Of a stretch of 64,000 nt of DNA, positions 1-12,861 are shown piece after piece; within the stretch, counting starts at the first letter, position 1, and every line of letters starts with the position of its first letter. The notes below the pieces were generated by a model. That model ran no database searches. It was not told the origin of the DNA and saw nothing but the letters and a program-made list of their open reading frames with translations. The DNA comes from Mobula birostris (Eukaryota), in the NCBI RefSeq assembly GCF_030028105.1, contig NC_092375.1, forward strand, positions 44,429,130 to 44,493,129. Reading direction: 5' to 3'. The position numbers and the translations under genes are program-made.

Positions 1-240
1 CAATGCCTTATGTAATTTCAACATTACATCCCAATTCCTATACTCAATGCTCTGATTTATAAAGGCCAGGCTTCTTTATAAAGAAGCTTTCTTCACCACC
101 CTATTCCACCTTCAGGGAACTATGCACCATTATTCCTAGATCCCTCTGTTCTACTGCATTCTTCAATGCCCTACCATTTACCATGTATGCCCTATTTTGA
201 TTAGTCCTACCAAAATGTAGCACCTCACATTTATCAGCAA
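1..240 (-). mobile_element. CR1-clade LINE, RT C-terminal fragment (runs off window edge)
   Basis: The reverse complement resembles the CR1 ORF2 C-terminal region (plus strand ...tcctagatccctctgttctact...ccaaaatgtagcacctcacattt...), homologous to the CR1 copies at 6580-6800 and 57150-57400. Confidence 0.7.
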
Positions 241-349
241 GTTCTGTGTATGTGGGCTGGATGGACCATAGTGATTCTCCTGAAGTTTTTAATCAAAGTG
301 ATGATCACTTCTTCTGCCCTACGTATACAGAGCACAACATATACCAGTC

Positions 350-605
350 TTGCCTTAGTGGTAGCATTTCTAATTTTGAATCAGAAATTAATTGTGCAGA
401 CCTATTTAAGCACAAATTAGACTTGCCACTTTGGTGAAATACTGAGAGAGTGCTGCACAGTAAGAGATTGAAGTTTTCAGACGAAACGTTCCGCCCAGGT
501 GCTAACTGCTTTTTCGGATGGACAGAAGAAGAAAGGACAAGGCAGTATTAGAAGATGATCAGGGAGTTCTTCGAGGGTTCTGACTAACATTTAAACCCTA
601 CATTT
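350..605 (+). mobile_element. Degenerate Deu-domain SINE (SacSINE1/AmnSINE1-like)
   Basis: A tRNA-like head (gccttagtggtagcatttc) is followed by aagcacaaattagac...atactgagagagtgctgcacag...gaagatgatcagggagttct, matching the recalled Deu core (tactgagggagtgctgcactgtc...gaagaagagcaggggagttct). Boundaries approximate. Confidence 0.55.
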
Positions 606-2442
606 ATGTTGGCAATGCATTTTTTTCTGTTCATTTAGCAGCCCCTGCTGCCTACAAGTTGATCACTTAGGTGAGAGAACAGAGAGCAATTGATGTCTCT
701 GATCGAGCAGAGCATTGAAAAGTTCACAATTACAGCCGTTTACTGAAACATAACAAATCTTCTCAAGAACCAACATTTTATTAACACCTAAATAACAAGA
801 GATTTCAAACGAAGCGCATCACATTTTAAAATTCACATTGGACACTCATATCACAAATTAAATCCAGCAGTATCATGCACTATTGATACATGGAAAATAT
901 TTAAAATAGGATGTTCATTCAAACAATGTCAAAATTGGGAATGTCCCAACATGATAAGCTACGTTTTACATTCCGACCGAAGTGCCCAATTATTACAGGA
1001 GTTCTAGATTACAGCGAGTACATATTACAGTGCAAACAGTACAAAAATGTTCGTGATCATGGATTGAAGTAAAGATTCCACCTCACAATGTGAAATTTAG
1101 CATCAGGTTAACTAAATAGGAGGCCATGCCAAAATAATTGCCCGCCCAACAAAAAGCTGGTACATTAGGCTGGTTGTGTGACACTTTTTACTCATCAGTT
1201 AATTTTAATATTGTAGAGTACATTAGACTTCAAACCAGGAGGGTCACTTCATGTGTAATGCCTCTAACTGAAGGCAGTGCAGGGAGTACAAGTTCATTTC
1301 AGAAATGCCATCACTATAGTTACAAAGTGCAACAATTTTGATCAGTGACAACAATACAAATTTACTAAATTAACTGATAGTTTAATGTAATTATGACAAA
1401 AGTGAACAGAGCCTTTGGACTGGTCAAAATTTCCAAAGATGAGAGAAATCCTGAAAGAAGCAAAATAGAATACATACCACTTAAATTCAAACATACATTT
1501 TAAGTTGCATGCCAGGAGAAAGCTTATAACACACTGGAGACATCATTTAATGGAGCCAATTTTAGAGAAAACTGATTATTCTTGTAATGATCTGTTTACT
1601 CCCTGGATCCAATGACAAACGAGGTGAATAATTCATATTGTTATCCATTAGATTCATGCCTGTTTCTCTCCAGTGACTGTTCAAACATTGTACTTGGGCA
1701 ATTAAGGATGGGGTGGGCAGAAATCAAAGTTGATAACTGCACTGTAAATTGAGGCTAACCCTCACTAATATGGTACTGAGCCTTCAGCAGAACTATCCAT
1801 ACCAACAAAGTACCCTTTCATCGCTCTGTATTAAATACACTCACAAACTGATAGAAAGATGCTATTTAGTATTTAATGCACTTACTAAGATAGGTAACTG
1901 ATGCCGAAAGATGTATTCACAAAACATCCAGTTTCAAAGTGTCAAATTTGATTTTAACTTTAAGGATGCATTTAATTACAATTTAGCAAGCCTATTAACG
2001 TACAACTTATTGCCTCTTTGAAATTCAGATTTATAGAGGATTGGAGTGAGACTTAATGCATCTCTCAATACATAATCGGATCAGGAGGAAGTCATTCAGC
2101 CCTTTAACTCTGCATAGCTGATCAACCACCCCTTCTCCACTTTTCCAGATAAACATGCTAGTTAATCCTACAGCTTGTGTTTCAGCTGATGGGAGAACTA
2201 GAAGACAGACTTCAACTGAAAATATTTAATGACAAAGTAGCTTCAAATGTATAACTACCATTTAAATCCTTTTTTAAAATTCTGTCTAGAAAAATCATTT
2301 GATTTGCACAAAAAATTTGAAGTCATTCTTGAATGGCACTGATGTGAAAGATAATTGTAAATTCTAGCAAAAAATCTGAAATCTCTCAGCTAGCTCATCA
2401 ACTCTTCCCAAATTACATGATATTTAAAACAAGTTGGTTTGG

Positions 2443-2669
2443 GAACTTCTTTGCTCAGTGGGCGGTGCGAGTGTGGAACGAGCTGCCAGTCAAGTGATGA
2501 ATGTGGGTTTGATTGCAATATGTAAGAGAAATTTGAATAAGTACATGGAAGGGAGGATTGCGCAGGGTTACAGCCCAGGGGCCAATCAATGGACTAGGTA
2601 AAATAATGGTTTGGCACAGACTAGATGGGCTGAAGGTCCTGTTTCATGCTGTGGTGATCTGTGACTCTA
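2443..2669 (+). mobile_element. CR1 LINE 3' end, 5'-truncated
   Basis: aacttctttgctcagtgggcggtgcgagtgtggaacgagctgcc (NFF-Q---VWN-LP-like end of ORF2) plus the typical tail ggcacagactagatgggctgaaggtcctgtttc. Confidence 0.7.
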
Positions 2670-3011
2670 AGGTACAATCTATAATGAACACCCCCCCCGC
2701 CATTTCCATCAAGTGAATAACTAGAGCACATAGATTTAAGCAGGAGAGATGAAATTTTATTTTGATATGGTAACTTTCAAAGTTGAATTGTACACCATCA
2801 TGAGTAATAGAAAGAGAAACAGAAATAGATTTTGGAATAAACTAGACAGCTTTAAAAAAGTAATAAGAAATTATGGTTAAAATAACACCTCTCTGCTGTG
2901 TACAATTCTGCGAATTAAAGGTCGCCTATGGTGATGAGCAAACCTTACCTCAGAAAGGAAACATGGCAGACGAGAAGGCCGACTCCTTGATGTGGCTTCA
3001 TTTAGCAGTTT

Positions 3012-4882
3012 CATAGGAGCAGAATTAGGCCAAAAGGCACATTGAGTTTTCTCCATCATTTATTCATGCCTGGTTTACTTTTAACCCTCAACCCCATTTT
3101 CCTGCCTTAACCCCGTAACCTTTACTAATCAAGAAACTATGAGCCTCTGCTTTAAATATACCCAATGACTTGGCCTCCACAGCCATCTGTGACAATAAAT
3201 GCCACAGATTCACCACCCTCTGGCTAAAGAAATTCTTCCTTGTTCCTACTCGAAAGGGACATCTTTTATTGAGGGCTGTGCCTCTGGTCCTAGACTCTCT
3301 CACTATTGGAAACATTGTTTGCACATCTATTCTATATTCAAGTGGTTCAATATGGGGCAGGCTTCAATGAAAGCTACTCCCCTCACCCCACCCCATTCAT
3401 CTGAACTTCAGGGCGCACAGTCTGAGAGCTACAAAATGCTCCTTAATGTTAACACTTTCATCCCTGGTATCATTTTTAGTAGCCTCCTCTAGACACTCTC
3501 CAATGGCAGCACATCTGTCCTCAGATATTGGCTCCAAAACTGCTCACAATATTCCAAGTCTGGTTTATAAATCCTCAGTTTTTACATTCTAGTCCTCTTG
3601 AAATGAATGCCAACATTATATTTGACTTCCTTACTACCAACTCAACCAGCATGTTAACATTTAGGGAATCCCGAACCTCTGATTTCTTAATTCTCTCCCC
3701 AATTAGGAAATAGTCTATGCCTTTATTTCTTCTAAAGGGCATGACCATACATTTCCATAAATTGTATTCCATGTGCCACTTCTTGACCATTTTCTCAACT
3801 TGTCCGGTTGCTTTGCAGACTCAACACTACCTGTCCCGCCATCTATCTTTAACTCATTCTCCAAACTTGGCCAAAAAGCCATCAAGTCCATCATCCAGAT
3901 CATTAATATATAATCTGAAAAGCAGCAGAAACACCAGTCTCTGCAGAGCACCACCAGTCAACAGCAGCCAATGAGTAAAGGCCCCTTTATTCTCATTCTG
4001 CTTTCCGCCAATCAGCTATCCTAACTAGTGGAATTTAACTCAGTAATACTCTTGGCTCCGAAACAGTTTAGTAGCCTGTGTGGCACCTTATCTAAAGCCT
4101 TCTGAAAATCCATGTAAACAAAACCCACTGAACTCCTTTATCTACCCTGCTTGCTACTTACTCAAAAAATTCAAACAGATTTGTCGGGAAAACCCTCCTA
4201 TTTAGGAAACTATCCGGAGTTTGGCCTATTTTGTCATGTACTTCCAAGTCCCCCCAAATCTACACTCTTAATAATAGCTTTAAAAAAATCTTACCTGCCA
4301 CTGAAGTCAGGCTAACTGACCTATAATTTTCCATTTTTTGCCTCTGGCCCTATTTAAAGATTGGAATGGCATTTGTGTTTCTTCTTGAACCATCCCAGAA
4401 TCCAGTGATTCTTGAAAGATCACTACTAATGCCTCTGCAATCTCTTCAGCCACCTCTTTCAGGACCCTGCAGTACAGTCCATCTGCCTCAGATGATTTAT
4501 TTGGAACTTTCAGCTTCCCAAGCACCTTCTCCTCATTACTAACAACAAACACATCTACTCCTCTCACACCACAACTGACTTTCTTGAAGTTCTGGCATGT
4601 TGCTGGTGACTTCCACAATGAAGATGGATGCAAAATGCTTATTCAGTTTTTCCTGCCATTTCTTTGTTTCCCTTTACTACGTCTTCAGTGTCACTTTCCA
4701 GTGGTCCTATGTCCACCCCTGTCTCTCTTTTAGTCTTCATATAATATCTGATGAAACCTTTGGTACCCTTTTTATATTCTTGGCTGGCTTAGCTTCATAG
4801 TTCAGCTTTTCACCCATTATTGTTTTCTTAGTTCTGTTGGTTTGTAAAAGCATCCCTATCCTCTAATTTTCCACTAATTTTT
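3012..4882 (-). mobile_element. Older degraded CR1 LINE (3' UTR and RT), interrupted at about 4882 by a younger CR1
   Basis: Minus ORF fragments are homologous to CR1 ORF2: 3088-3324 (RTRG...RKNFFSQRVVNLW), 3575-3790 and 4307-4633 (VLKEVAEEIAEALVVIFQESLDSG). 3' UTR motif ataggagcagaattaggcc at 3013. Confidence 0.85.
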
Positions 4883-7371
4883 AATGGGTGACTTCAATCT
4901 ACATGTAGATTGGGTGAACCAAATTGGTAAAGGTGCTGAGGAAGAGGATTTCTTGGAATGTATGCGGGATGGTTTTTTGAACCAACATGTCGAGGAACCA
5001 ACTAGATAGCAGGCTATTCTAGACTGGGTTTTGAGCAATGAGGAAGGGTTAATTAGCAATCTTGTCGTGAGAGGCCCTTTGGGTAAGAGTGACCATAATA
5101 TGGTGGAATTCTTCATTAAGATGGAGAGTGACATAGTTAATTCAGAAACAAAGGTTCTGAACTTAAAGAGGGGTAACCTTGAAGGTATGAGACGTGAATT
5201 AGCTAAGATAGACTGGCAAATGACTCTTAAAGGATTGATGGTGGATATGCAATGGCAAGCATTTAAAGGTTGCATGGATGAACTACAACAATTGTTCATC
5301 CCAGTTTGGCAAAAGAATAAATCAAGGAAGGTAATGCACCTATGGCTGACAAGAGAAATTAGGGATAGTATCAATTCCAAAGAAGCAGCATACAAATTAG
5401 CCAGAGAAAGTGGCTCACCTGAGGACTGGGAGAAATTCAGAGTTCAGCAGAGGAGGACAAAGGGCTTAATTAGGAAGGGGAAAAAAGATTATGAGAGAAA
5501 ACTGGCAGGGAACATAAAAACTGACTGTAAAAGCTTTTATAGTTATCTAAAAAGGAAAAGACTGGTAAAGACAAATGTAGGTCCCCCACAGACAGAAACA
5601 GGTGCATTGATTATGGGGAGCAAGGACATGGCAGACCAATTGAATAATTACTTTGGTTCTGTCTTCACTAAAGAGGACATAAATAATCTTCCAGAAATAG
5701 TAGGGGACAGAGGGTCCAGTGAGATGGAGGAACTGAGCGAAATACTTGTTAGTAGGGAAGTGGTGTTAGGTAAATTGAAGGGATTGAAGGCAGATCCCCA
5801 GGGCCAGATGGTCTGCATCCTAGAGTGCTTAAGGAAGTAGCCCAAGAAATAGTGGATGCATTAGTGATAATTTTTCAAAACTCGTTAGATTCTGGACTAG
5901 TTCCTGAGGATTGGAGGGTGGCTAATGTAACCCCACTTTTTAAAAAAGGAGGGAGAGAGAAACTGGGGAATTATAGACCGGTTAGCCTAACGTCGGTGGT
6001 GGGGAAACTGCTGGAGTCAGTTATCAAAGATGTGATAACAGCACATTTGGAAAGCAGTGAAATCATCAGACAAAGTCAACATGGATTTGTGAAAGGAAAA
6101 TCATGTCTGACGAATCTCATAGAATTTTTTGAGGATGTAACTAGTAGAGTGGATAGGGGGGAACCAGTGGATGTGGTATATTTGGATTTTCAAAAGGCTT
6201 TTGACAAGGTCCCACACAGGAGATTAGTGTGCAAACTTAAAGCACATGGTATTGGGGGTAAGGTATTGATGTGGATGGAGAATTGGTTAGCAGACAGGAA
6301 GCAAAGAGTGGGAATAAACGGGACCTTTTCAGAATGGCAGGCGGTGACGAGTGGGGTACCGCAAGGCTCAGTGCTGGGACCCCAGTTGTTTACAATATAT
6401 ATTAATGACTTGGATGAGGGAATTAAATGCAGCATCTCCAAGTTTGCGGATGACACGAAGCTGGGTGGCAGTGTTAGCTGTGAGGAGGATGCTAAGAGGA
6501 TGCAGAGTGACTTGGATAGGTTGGGTGAGTGGGCAAATTCATGGCAGATGCAATTTAATGTGGATAAATGTGAAGTTATCCACTTTGGTGGCAAAAATAG
6601 GAAAACAGATTATTATCTGAATGGTGGCCGATTAGGAAAAGGGGAGGTGCAATGAGACCTGGGTGTCATTATACACCAGTCATTGAAAGTGGGCATGCAG
6701 GTACAGCAGGCGGTGAAAAAGGCGAATGGTATGCTGGCATTTATAGCGAGAGGATTTGAGTACAGGAGCAGGGAGGTACTACTGCAGTTGTACAAGGCCT
6801 TGGTGGGACCACACCTGGAGTATTGTGTGCAGTTTTGGTCCCCTAATCTGAGGAAAGACATCCTTGCCATAGAGGGAGTACAAAGAAGGTTCACCAGATT
6901 GATTCCTGGGATGGCAGGACTTTCATATGAAGAAAGACTGGATGAACTGGGCTTGTACTCGTTGGAATTTAGAAGATTGAGGGGAGATCTGATTGAAACG
7001 TATAAAATCCCAAAGGGATTGGACAGGCTAGATGCAGGAAGATTGTTCCCGATGTTGGGGAATTCCAGAACTAGGGGTCACAGTTTGAGGATAAAGGGGA
7101 AGCCTTTTAGGACCGAGATTAGGAAAAACTTCTTCACTCAGAGAGCGGTGAATCTGTGGAATTCTCTGCCACAGGAAGCAGTTGAAACCAGTACATTAGC
7201 TATATTTAAGAGGGAGTTAGATATGGCCCTTGTGGCTACGGGGATCAGGGGGTATGGAGGGAAGGCTGGGGCGGGGTTCTGAGTTGGATGATCAGCCATG
7301 ATCATAATAAATGGCGGTGCAGGCTCGAAGAGCTGAATGGCCTACTCCTGCACCTATTTTCTATGTTTCTA
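4882..7371 (+). mobile_element. Young 5'-truncated CR1 LINE; ORF2 (end of APE endonuclease, linker, RT) with two evident lesions
   Basis: ORFs 5031-5840, 5825-6655 (QHGFVKGKSCLTNL, YLDFQKAFDKV, GVPQGSVLGP, KFADDTKLGG) and 6683-7282 are collinear. A frameshift lies near 5795 and a TGA at 6653-6655. The 3' UTR ends gaatggcctactcctgcacctattttctatgtttcta. Confidence 0.95.
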
Positions 7372-7560
7372 AAACTGTATGTCCTTTTGTTGCTTTTATG
7401 CTCTCCTTAACCTTACTTTGTCAGCCACAGTTTCCTCATCCTTCCCTTAGAAACCTGCTGCTTCTTTCAGATGAAATCATCCTGCAACTTCCAAATCACT
7501 CTCAGAAACTCCTCCCATTACTATTCTACCATCCTCTCTGCTAACGTTCCCTTCCAATCA
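7372..7560 (-). mobile_element. Continuation of the older minus-strand CR1 beyond the nested insertion
   Basis: ctgtatgtccttttgttgcttttatgctctccttaaccttactttgtcagccacag continues the antisense CR1 linker sequence that breaks off at ccactaattttt (4871-4882). Confidence 0.7.
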
Positions 7561-10500
7561 ACTTTGGACTATTCCTTAGTGATAGCAATTGAACTCTATA
7601 GTTTGTTCCAAAGAGTCAGTGGAAAACCCTGTCTGTGACAAATTGGAGAACTATATAAAAATCACAATGAGAAAAGGATCAGCTAACAGTCATATGGTAT
7701 ACATAATCAAATACACTTTTGAAATCATTAGGTGAGCATTTGGATAGTGGGAGGTATAACAAAGAATTGCAGGACGTATAAAAAATAGTAAATTTTATGA
7801 CTGTAATGACACAGGTGCAACATATTCTCGTTCAGTAATACTTGGTTTGCAATTCTGCATCATACTCAAACGATGTGGACTACCCACTTTGATTACATAG
7901 GCAATTCTCAAGGAGATAACTGAGAACTTGTGAATCATTTTCTGTTCTAGATTTATATTATGTGGAATACTATTTTGTTTTTATTTTGTTCTGTGGAATG
8001 GCAGTTCCCTTTCTGGCCAGATTTACTGGTTAAAACTAATATGATTTTCTGTGTTCTACTTGCAGAATCTATTTGAATGGAAGACATTTGTCTATATTTC
8101 CAATTTTTATAAAACTGTTTTTTTTCTTAGGTAGGCAGTAAAAGTTTATTAAATACATTAATAATTACTGCCTTTGGAAAACTTGCACCTGCAATTTGTG
8201 CCTTCAATATCTATTTCCCTGCAGGGGATGATGGGAATGCCGTACATCATTCATGACATAATGCCTCCATTTAAATATTAATGAAAGTGTATGCTTGCAA
8301 GACTTGTATTGCCAAAATAGTGCTGAATATAGGATTTTTCTAGTGTGCAATGAAGTGCCAAACACAAAATTTATAGATAGACTCTTTTAATATTCCTATT
8401 CAATTATTCAATCCAGTCTGCAATATTTGTGCATTTACTGAAGGTCCATAGGAGACCCAATTACTTTTCCTTTTTGAAGTTGCTTATTGAGCTTTCAAGT
8501 TGTAGACTGCAGCACAGGGCGTTCTATGTTCTTCTAAACTTAATCTGCCAAGATTTAACTGGTATGCATATTTTATTGCTCCCTTACTCATTTATAGCCT
8601 CTATGGTGTCAAGTGCTGCAGTTCCCAAATACCACAATTATTTCACTCTATTAGACTCTGCAGGTCATTCCAGCAAAGTTATACTTGTTTTCTTGACCTG
8701 CTTATAAAGATAAAGCTGAACTTGCCCAAAATACATCTTAGGTTAAAACTTTGGAAATGTTACCCCAATACTCTTATGCATATATATGTACCACTAAATG
8801 AAACACGAATCCAAATTTTCAAAACTTCTTTTCAGAAGATCCTCTACCTAAACTTTTCCTGAACCAGTCCTGTTCGATTCCAGATTCCAGCATTGTTTCA
8901 ATTATTTCTAGACTCATCTCTGTACTTTTTTAAATTAACAAATGTCACTGTGTTGCTCCTTTGAAAATTGTTACAGTTCTCAGTCAGAATTGTTTTTCTT
9001 TTACTCGTGAACTCTGCAAAGATATAATTACCATTTCTTACTGAAGTCATGGAAACCTTCAACAGTTATTGAAACAAGATCATACATTTACTCTAGATGA
9101 TGGCTAATTTATTATTAAAGTTTTATCATTTTATAGATTGAGATGTTTCATTGGACTTTTATAATTAGGAAAAGTAATTCTGTTTTATGAAATTAAGTTC
9201 AGATTGTTCAAAGTGCCTAAGGGAAAATAGTGGCACATTGTATAATAAAACTAACTCTTCTACCATTACTTCAGACTCCCGGCTATGTTAAACAGTACAG
9301 ATTCTCCGCAGCTTCTGAATACCTGACTTGGATACAGGCAATGCATATGAACAAACATTTGGAAGACACTGAGATGAATTTGCTGGCGACTGCACTTCTG
9401 TCCTGTGGGAACTCTGTTTCCAGCTGCTTTTCTAAATTGCAAACTGTTCGGGTTATGGACAGTTCTCAGGAACAGAACCCTGCTGAAACCCAGAAATGGG
9501 AGAGAACCTGTGCTGACTTACCAAGTTATTCTAAGTTATTTTCTATCAGCTATCACACTCTCCATTTTAAGTGCACAAGACATTAAGCATCAATTGATTT
9601 ATTAAAAAAAATGGATGGTCCAGGATCAGAAACAACTTTCAAGCTACGAATTTCCTTAAGCGTGTTTATAAGAGCATAACACCGAAGGCTGTTGATTTTG
9701 TTTGGAAAACCAAGGCATGCTAAACCTGACGTTACATTACAGTGTAAACATAGCTGGGAGAGGGAATCATATAATCAACCCAATGAACATCTCAGGTTTA
9801 AGATTTAAATCCATCAATAAGTTTGGAGGAGTTGGGTGAAAGAGAATTAAATGGCAATGTCATAAACCACAACTCACATTTCCCTACCAATAGATGTACT
9901 CAGTTACACCTTGTTAATGCACTATTCAACTCCGAAACCAGTTTCTCATTTCTTTTAAAATTCTCTAACTGAAGATCCATATTGGGGATAATATACCTCC
10001 CAACTAAAGTGAACGTGTCACAGACTGATCCCCTACCCAAAACTTAGGGTGTTGATGGAAGCTGAGAAGTTTCTGCCATTAAGTCATTTACCAGTACCCG
10101 CTAACCCACCCGCAGTGACACCTGCTGATTGCAGTCTGTCAACACCTTTTCTGGGAGATGCTTGGAGATTCTGGGTTAGACCACAGGCTTCAAGTGGCAT
10201 GATTAGGGCCAAGTACAAGTGGGGGGTGGGCAAAGTGGTGAGTTTGTGTGGGTATGTGCATGCAGCTAAATTTATGTAGCAAAGCTTAATCTCCAATTAA
10301 CCTCTTTGCAATGAACCAAAACCACGCTTTATCAAGGGGTGGCTGGTGAGCAATGGTCACCTCACATTTCACATATAGGCAACTTCCACCCCTCCGGACC
10401 AAGGCAGAAGAAATACTGTTAGTTCCAGGGGACTGCCCGAGGAAAGTTAGTGGTTAGAAGTTCTGGCTAATAAAGATATTATGTTCCATTGATCACATTC

Positions 10501-11214
10501 TCGCTTGAAGATCCTTAGTCTGACAAGGAACCCCAGGTTTGACTTCAGACTTGGATGTCATGCCATCTCATGAAACAACTCTACTAAATAAATATATTCT
10601 AATACCTGCTTCAAAGAAACCGCAGACCAGCTGGTTACCCAATGTTGTTGTTATTCATGAACCGACTGTGCTCTTAATGTACAGAAAGATGACAGCTAAA
10701 CAAGAACAAACCCAATATTACAAGAAACAAAATAGTGTATGAGGCTTTCATTGGTCTTGCCCAGCGCAGAATGTCTGCTCCTTTGTTCTTAAATCCTGGT
10801 AATGACAGCAATAGGGTACAAGCTAGAACTGCTAGATATTGAAGATTTACTATGAACTTATATCTGGGAGTTGTCAATGTTAGTGCAGGGATCAGCACAT
10901 GTATATTGTATATGATAATATGGACTAACTAACCATAAAGTAATTGCTTCAGTTCTGATTAGCTCACTCAATGACATTCAGGTAAACAACTTGCAAATCA
11001 TTAAAGACTGGATAATTATCTATCAATTCAAATTATGTGGTGTCTGAAATTAAACATATTCAACTTGAAAACCTTACAAACCAGCATTTTCATGGAGATA
11101 CAAGCATTTTCGTTTTGACAGTCACTGCAGTGGTAAAATATTTCTTATCAAAGTATTCTCCTGCTTGCTTACTGCAACCAGCTCCAGCCACTTCTGTTTT
11201 CCCACATAAATATT

Positions 11215-12861
11215 AGTGATTTTTGTTGTTATTGTTTTATTTGTTGTCCTGTGTAACTTATATATGTTAGTGATCCATAAATTGTTGTTTTTAATTTAGT
11301 GGGAAATAAAAATCCTTAAAAAGAATTCATAGATGATTAAACCCCACTTTCATTCTCTTAATTGTGTACAAGTAATTATACAAGATTGTGCATAAGATTG
11401 ACTCAGTACATGGAAAAGGATCTGCTGATGTAGCAGAGCATTACAGTTTCTTTCAAGGTTCTCCAAGGTAAGTAAGTTGAGGAAATTCCTCTGTGATTTA
11501 CACTGGCAGGTTTTTATGCAAAGGCTAATATCCTGACAACAAAATTAACTAGGTTGGGCAAGTAATTTGTTCAGATTTGTAACCATTTCTCTTGACCAAA
11601 TGGTCCTCTTTCAAAGAACAATATTGAAACAAAACAGGCAATTATAATGATTCGGGTTCATACATGGAATAAAAAGTTATTTTAAAAAGTGCAAAGAAAA
11701 TTAAGTATAAAAAAAATGTTATTCAGCTGCATGACTATTTTCCATTCTACAAAGTTGCAGCTCCATATGACTTCTGTATCAAAAAATTCATAAACGAGAA
11801 CGATTAGCTGTACCTACTAATAATCTGCTTCATCTTCATCTGTATTCACTAGAGGAATGGAATTTCATTGTCCCACATCTTGCACTTGGGTTACATTGTC
11901 TTCATGTAAGTCACACTGCATTTATGACACTGATGATCATTACCACCTGCACAAGGTGTCCTCTGTGATTTTTCTATTGCACATCATAGTCATTTGACAT
12001 TCGTCAAACATGGAAGTTTGCCTGACTCAATATCTATGAGCCTTCAGTTCTACAGATTCTCTTGGGTTTCATGATCTTCATACTCGTTTTCCATTGCTTC
12101 TTTTGCTCAATATTCTAAGCTGTGCTGATTGAGCAAAATGTCTGGCTGTACAACCATCTCTCCAGTTGTGACTTGCTTTGGATATAATGTTGACTCTTAG
12201 ATTTGCTAACCAGACCAGTGGGGAAATTGAGTCATGAAGCTTTGGGGAAAAAAATCCTCAAATTTAGATTATAGTTCAATATTTTCCCTCCATCATGTAG
12301 TTCTGTATTCTTAATATTTAGTAGATTGTCTGGTTTTTATGACATCAGATCTATTACACATAGCAGACTAATGTGAAAATGCTCATGCAGTGAGAATAGT
12401 TGGCAAAGATCTAGAAAATTCATCAAGTCATTGGTGGTAGCCACACCAAACAACAGCAATAGGACACTGCTGTGTTCTGCATCAGCGAATTTCAGAGGCA
12501 AAACACACACAACACAATATTGCTGATATATAGTGCACTCAACGCTACCGACCAGGAATACATTTCTAGGCACAGATAAAGACATTAGTGTGAAATTAAA
12601 CATTCCAGCTACACCAAGTATTCCTTTCAGGCTTATTGGGATGGAGGCCAATTGAGCCAAACATTTTACAATATATGTGCCTTTTCTCCCCCACTTCCCA
12701 ATCAAGTGACCTTTAGAAAGTACACTCACTGTACATGGATGGAGGAGTTTGCTTTCAAATTTAGATTTTCTTCTGTGGTGAATATTCACCACTAGTTCAA
12801 ACTTGATTCTTTCAGCTGAATGTCAAATCATTCTATCCAAAATCCTTTTCTTTTCCTTCTG
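11215..12861 (-). other. IGSF3: Probable IGSF3 3' UTR, with a candidate AATAAA at 11241-11236
   Basis: Repeat-free AT-rich sequence directly after the stop codon. TTTATT at 11236-11241 reads AATAAA on the minus strand, followed by a U/GU-rich stretch. The true end cannot be fixed without RNA data. Confidence 0.4.

Noticed and set aside
2929-3005. Box C/D snoRNA (GTGATGA at about 2929)
   Set aside because: No box D (CTGA) or terminal stem at a plausible distance, and not within a recognised host intron.
4874-6894. Long minus-strand ORFs 4874-5395, 6190-6594 and 6613-6894
   Set aside because: Antisense shadows of CR1 ORF2, a common artefact.
9230-9586. 118-aa plus-strand ORF
   Set aside because: GTG start, no domain signature and no convincing splice context or neighbouring exons.
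12337-12792. 151-aa minus-strand ORF just after the IGSF3 stop
   Set aside because: Non-ATG start and no recognisable motifs; it lies in the presumptive 3' UTR and is most likely a chance ORF.
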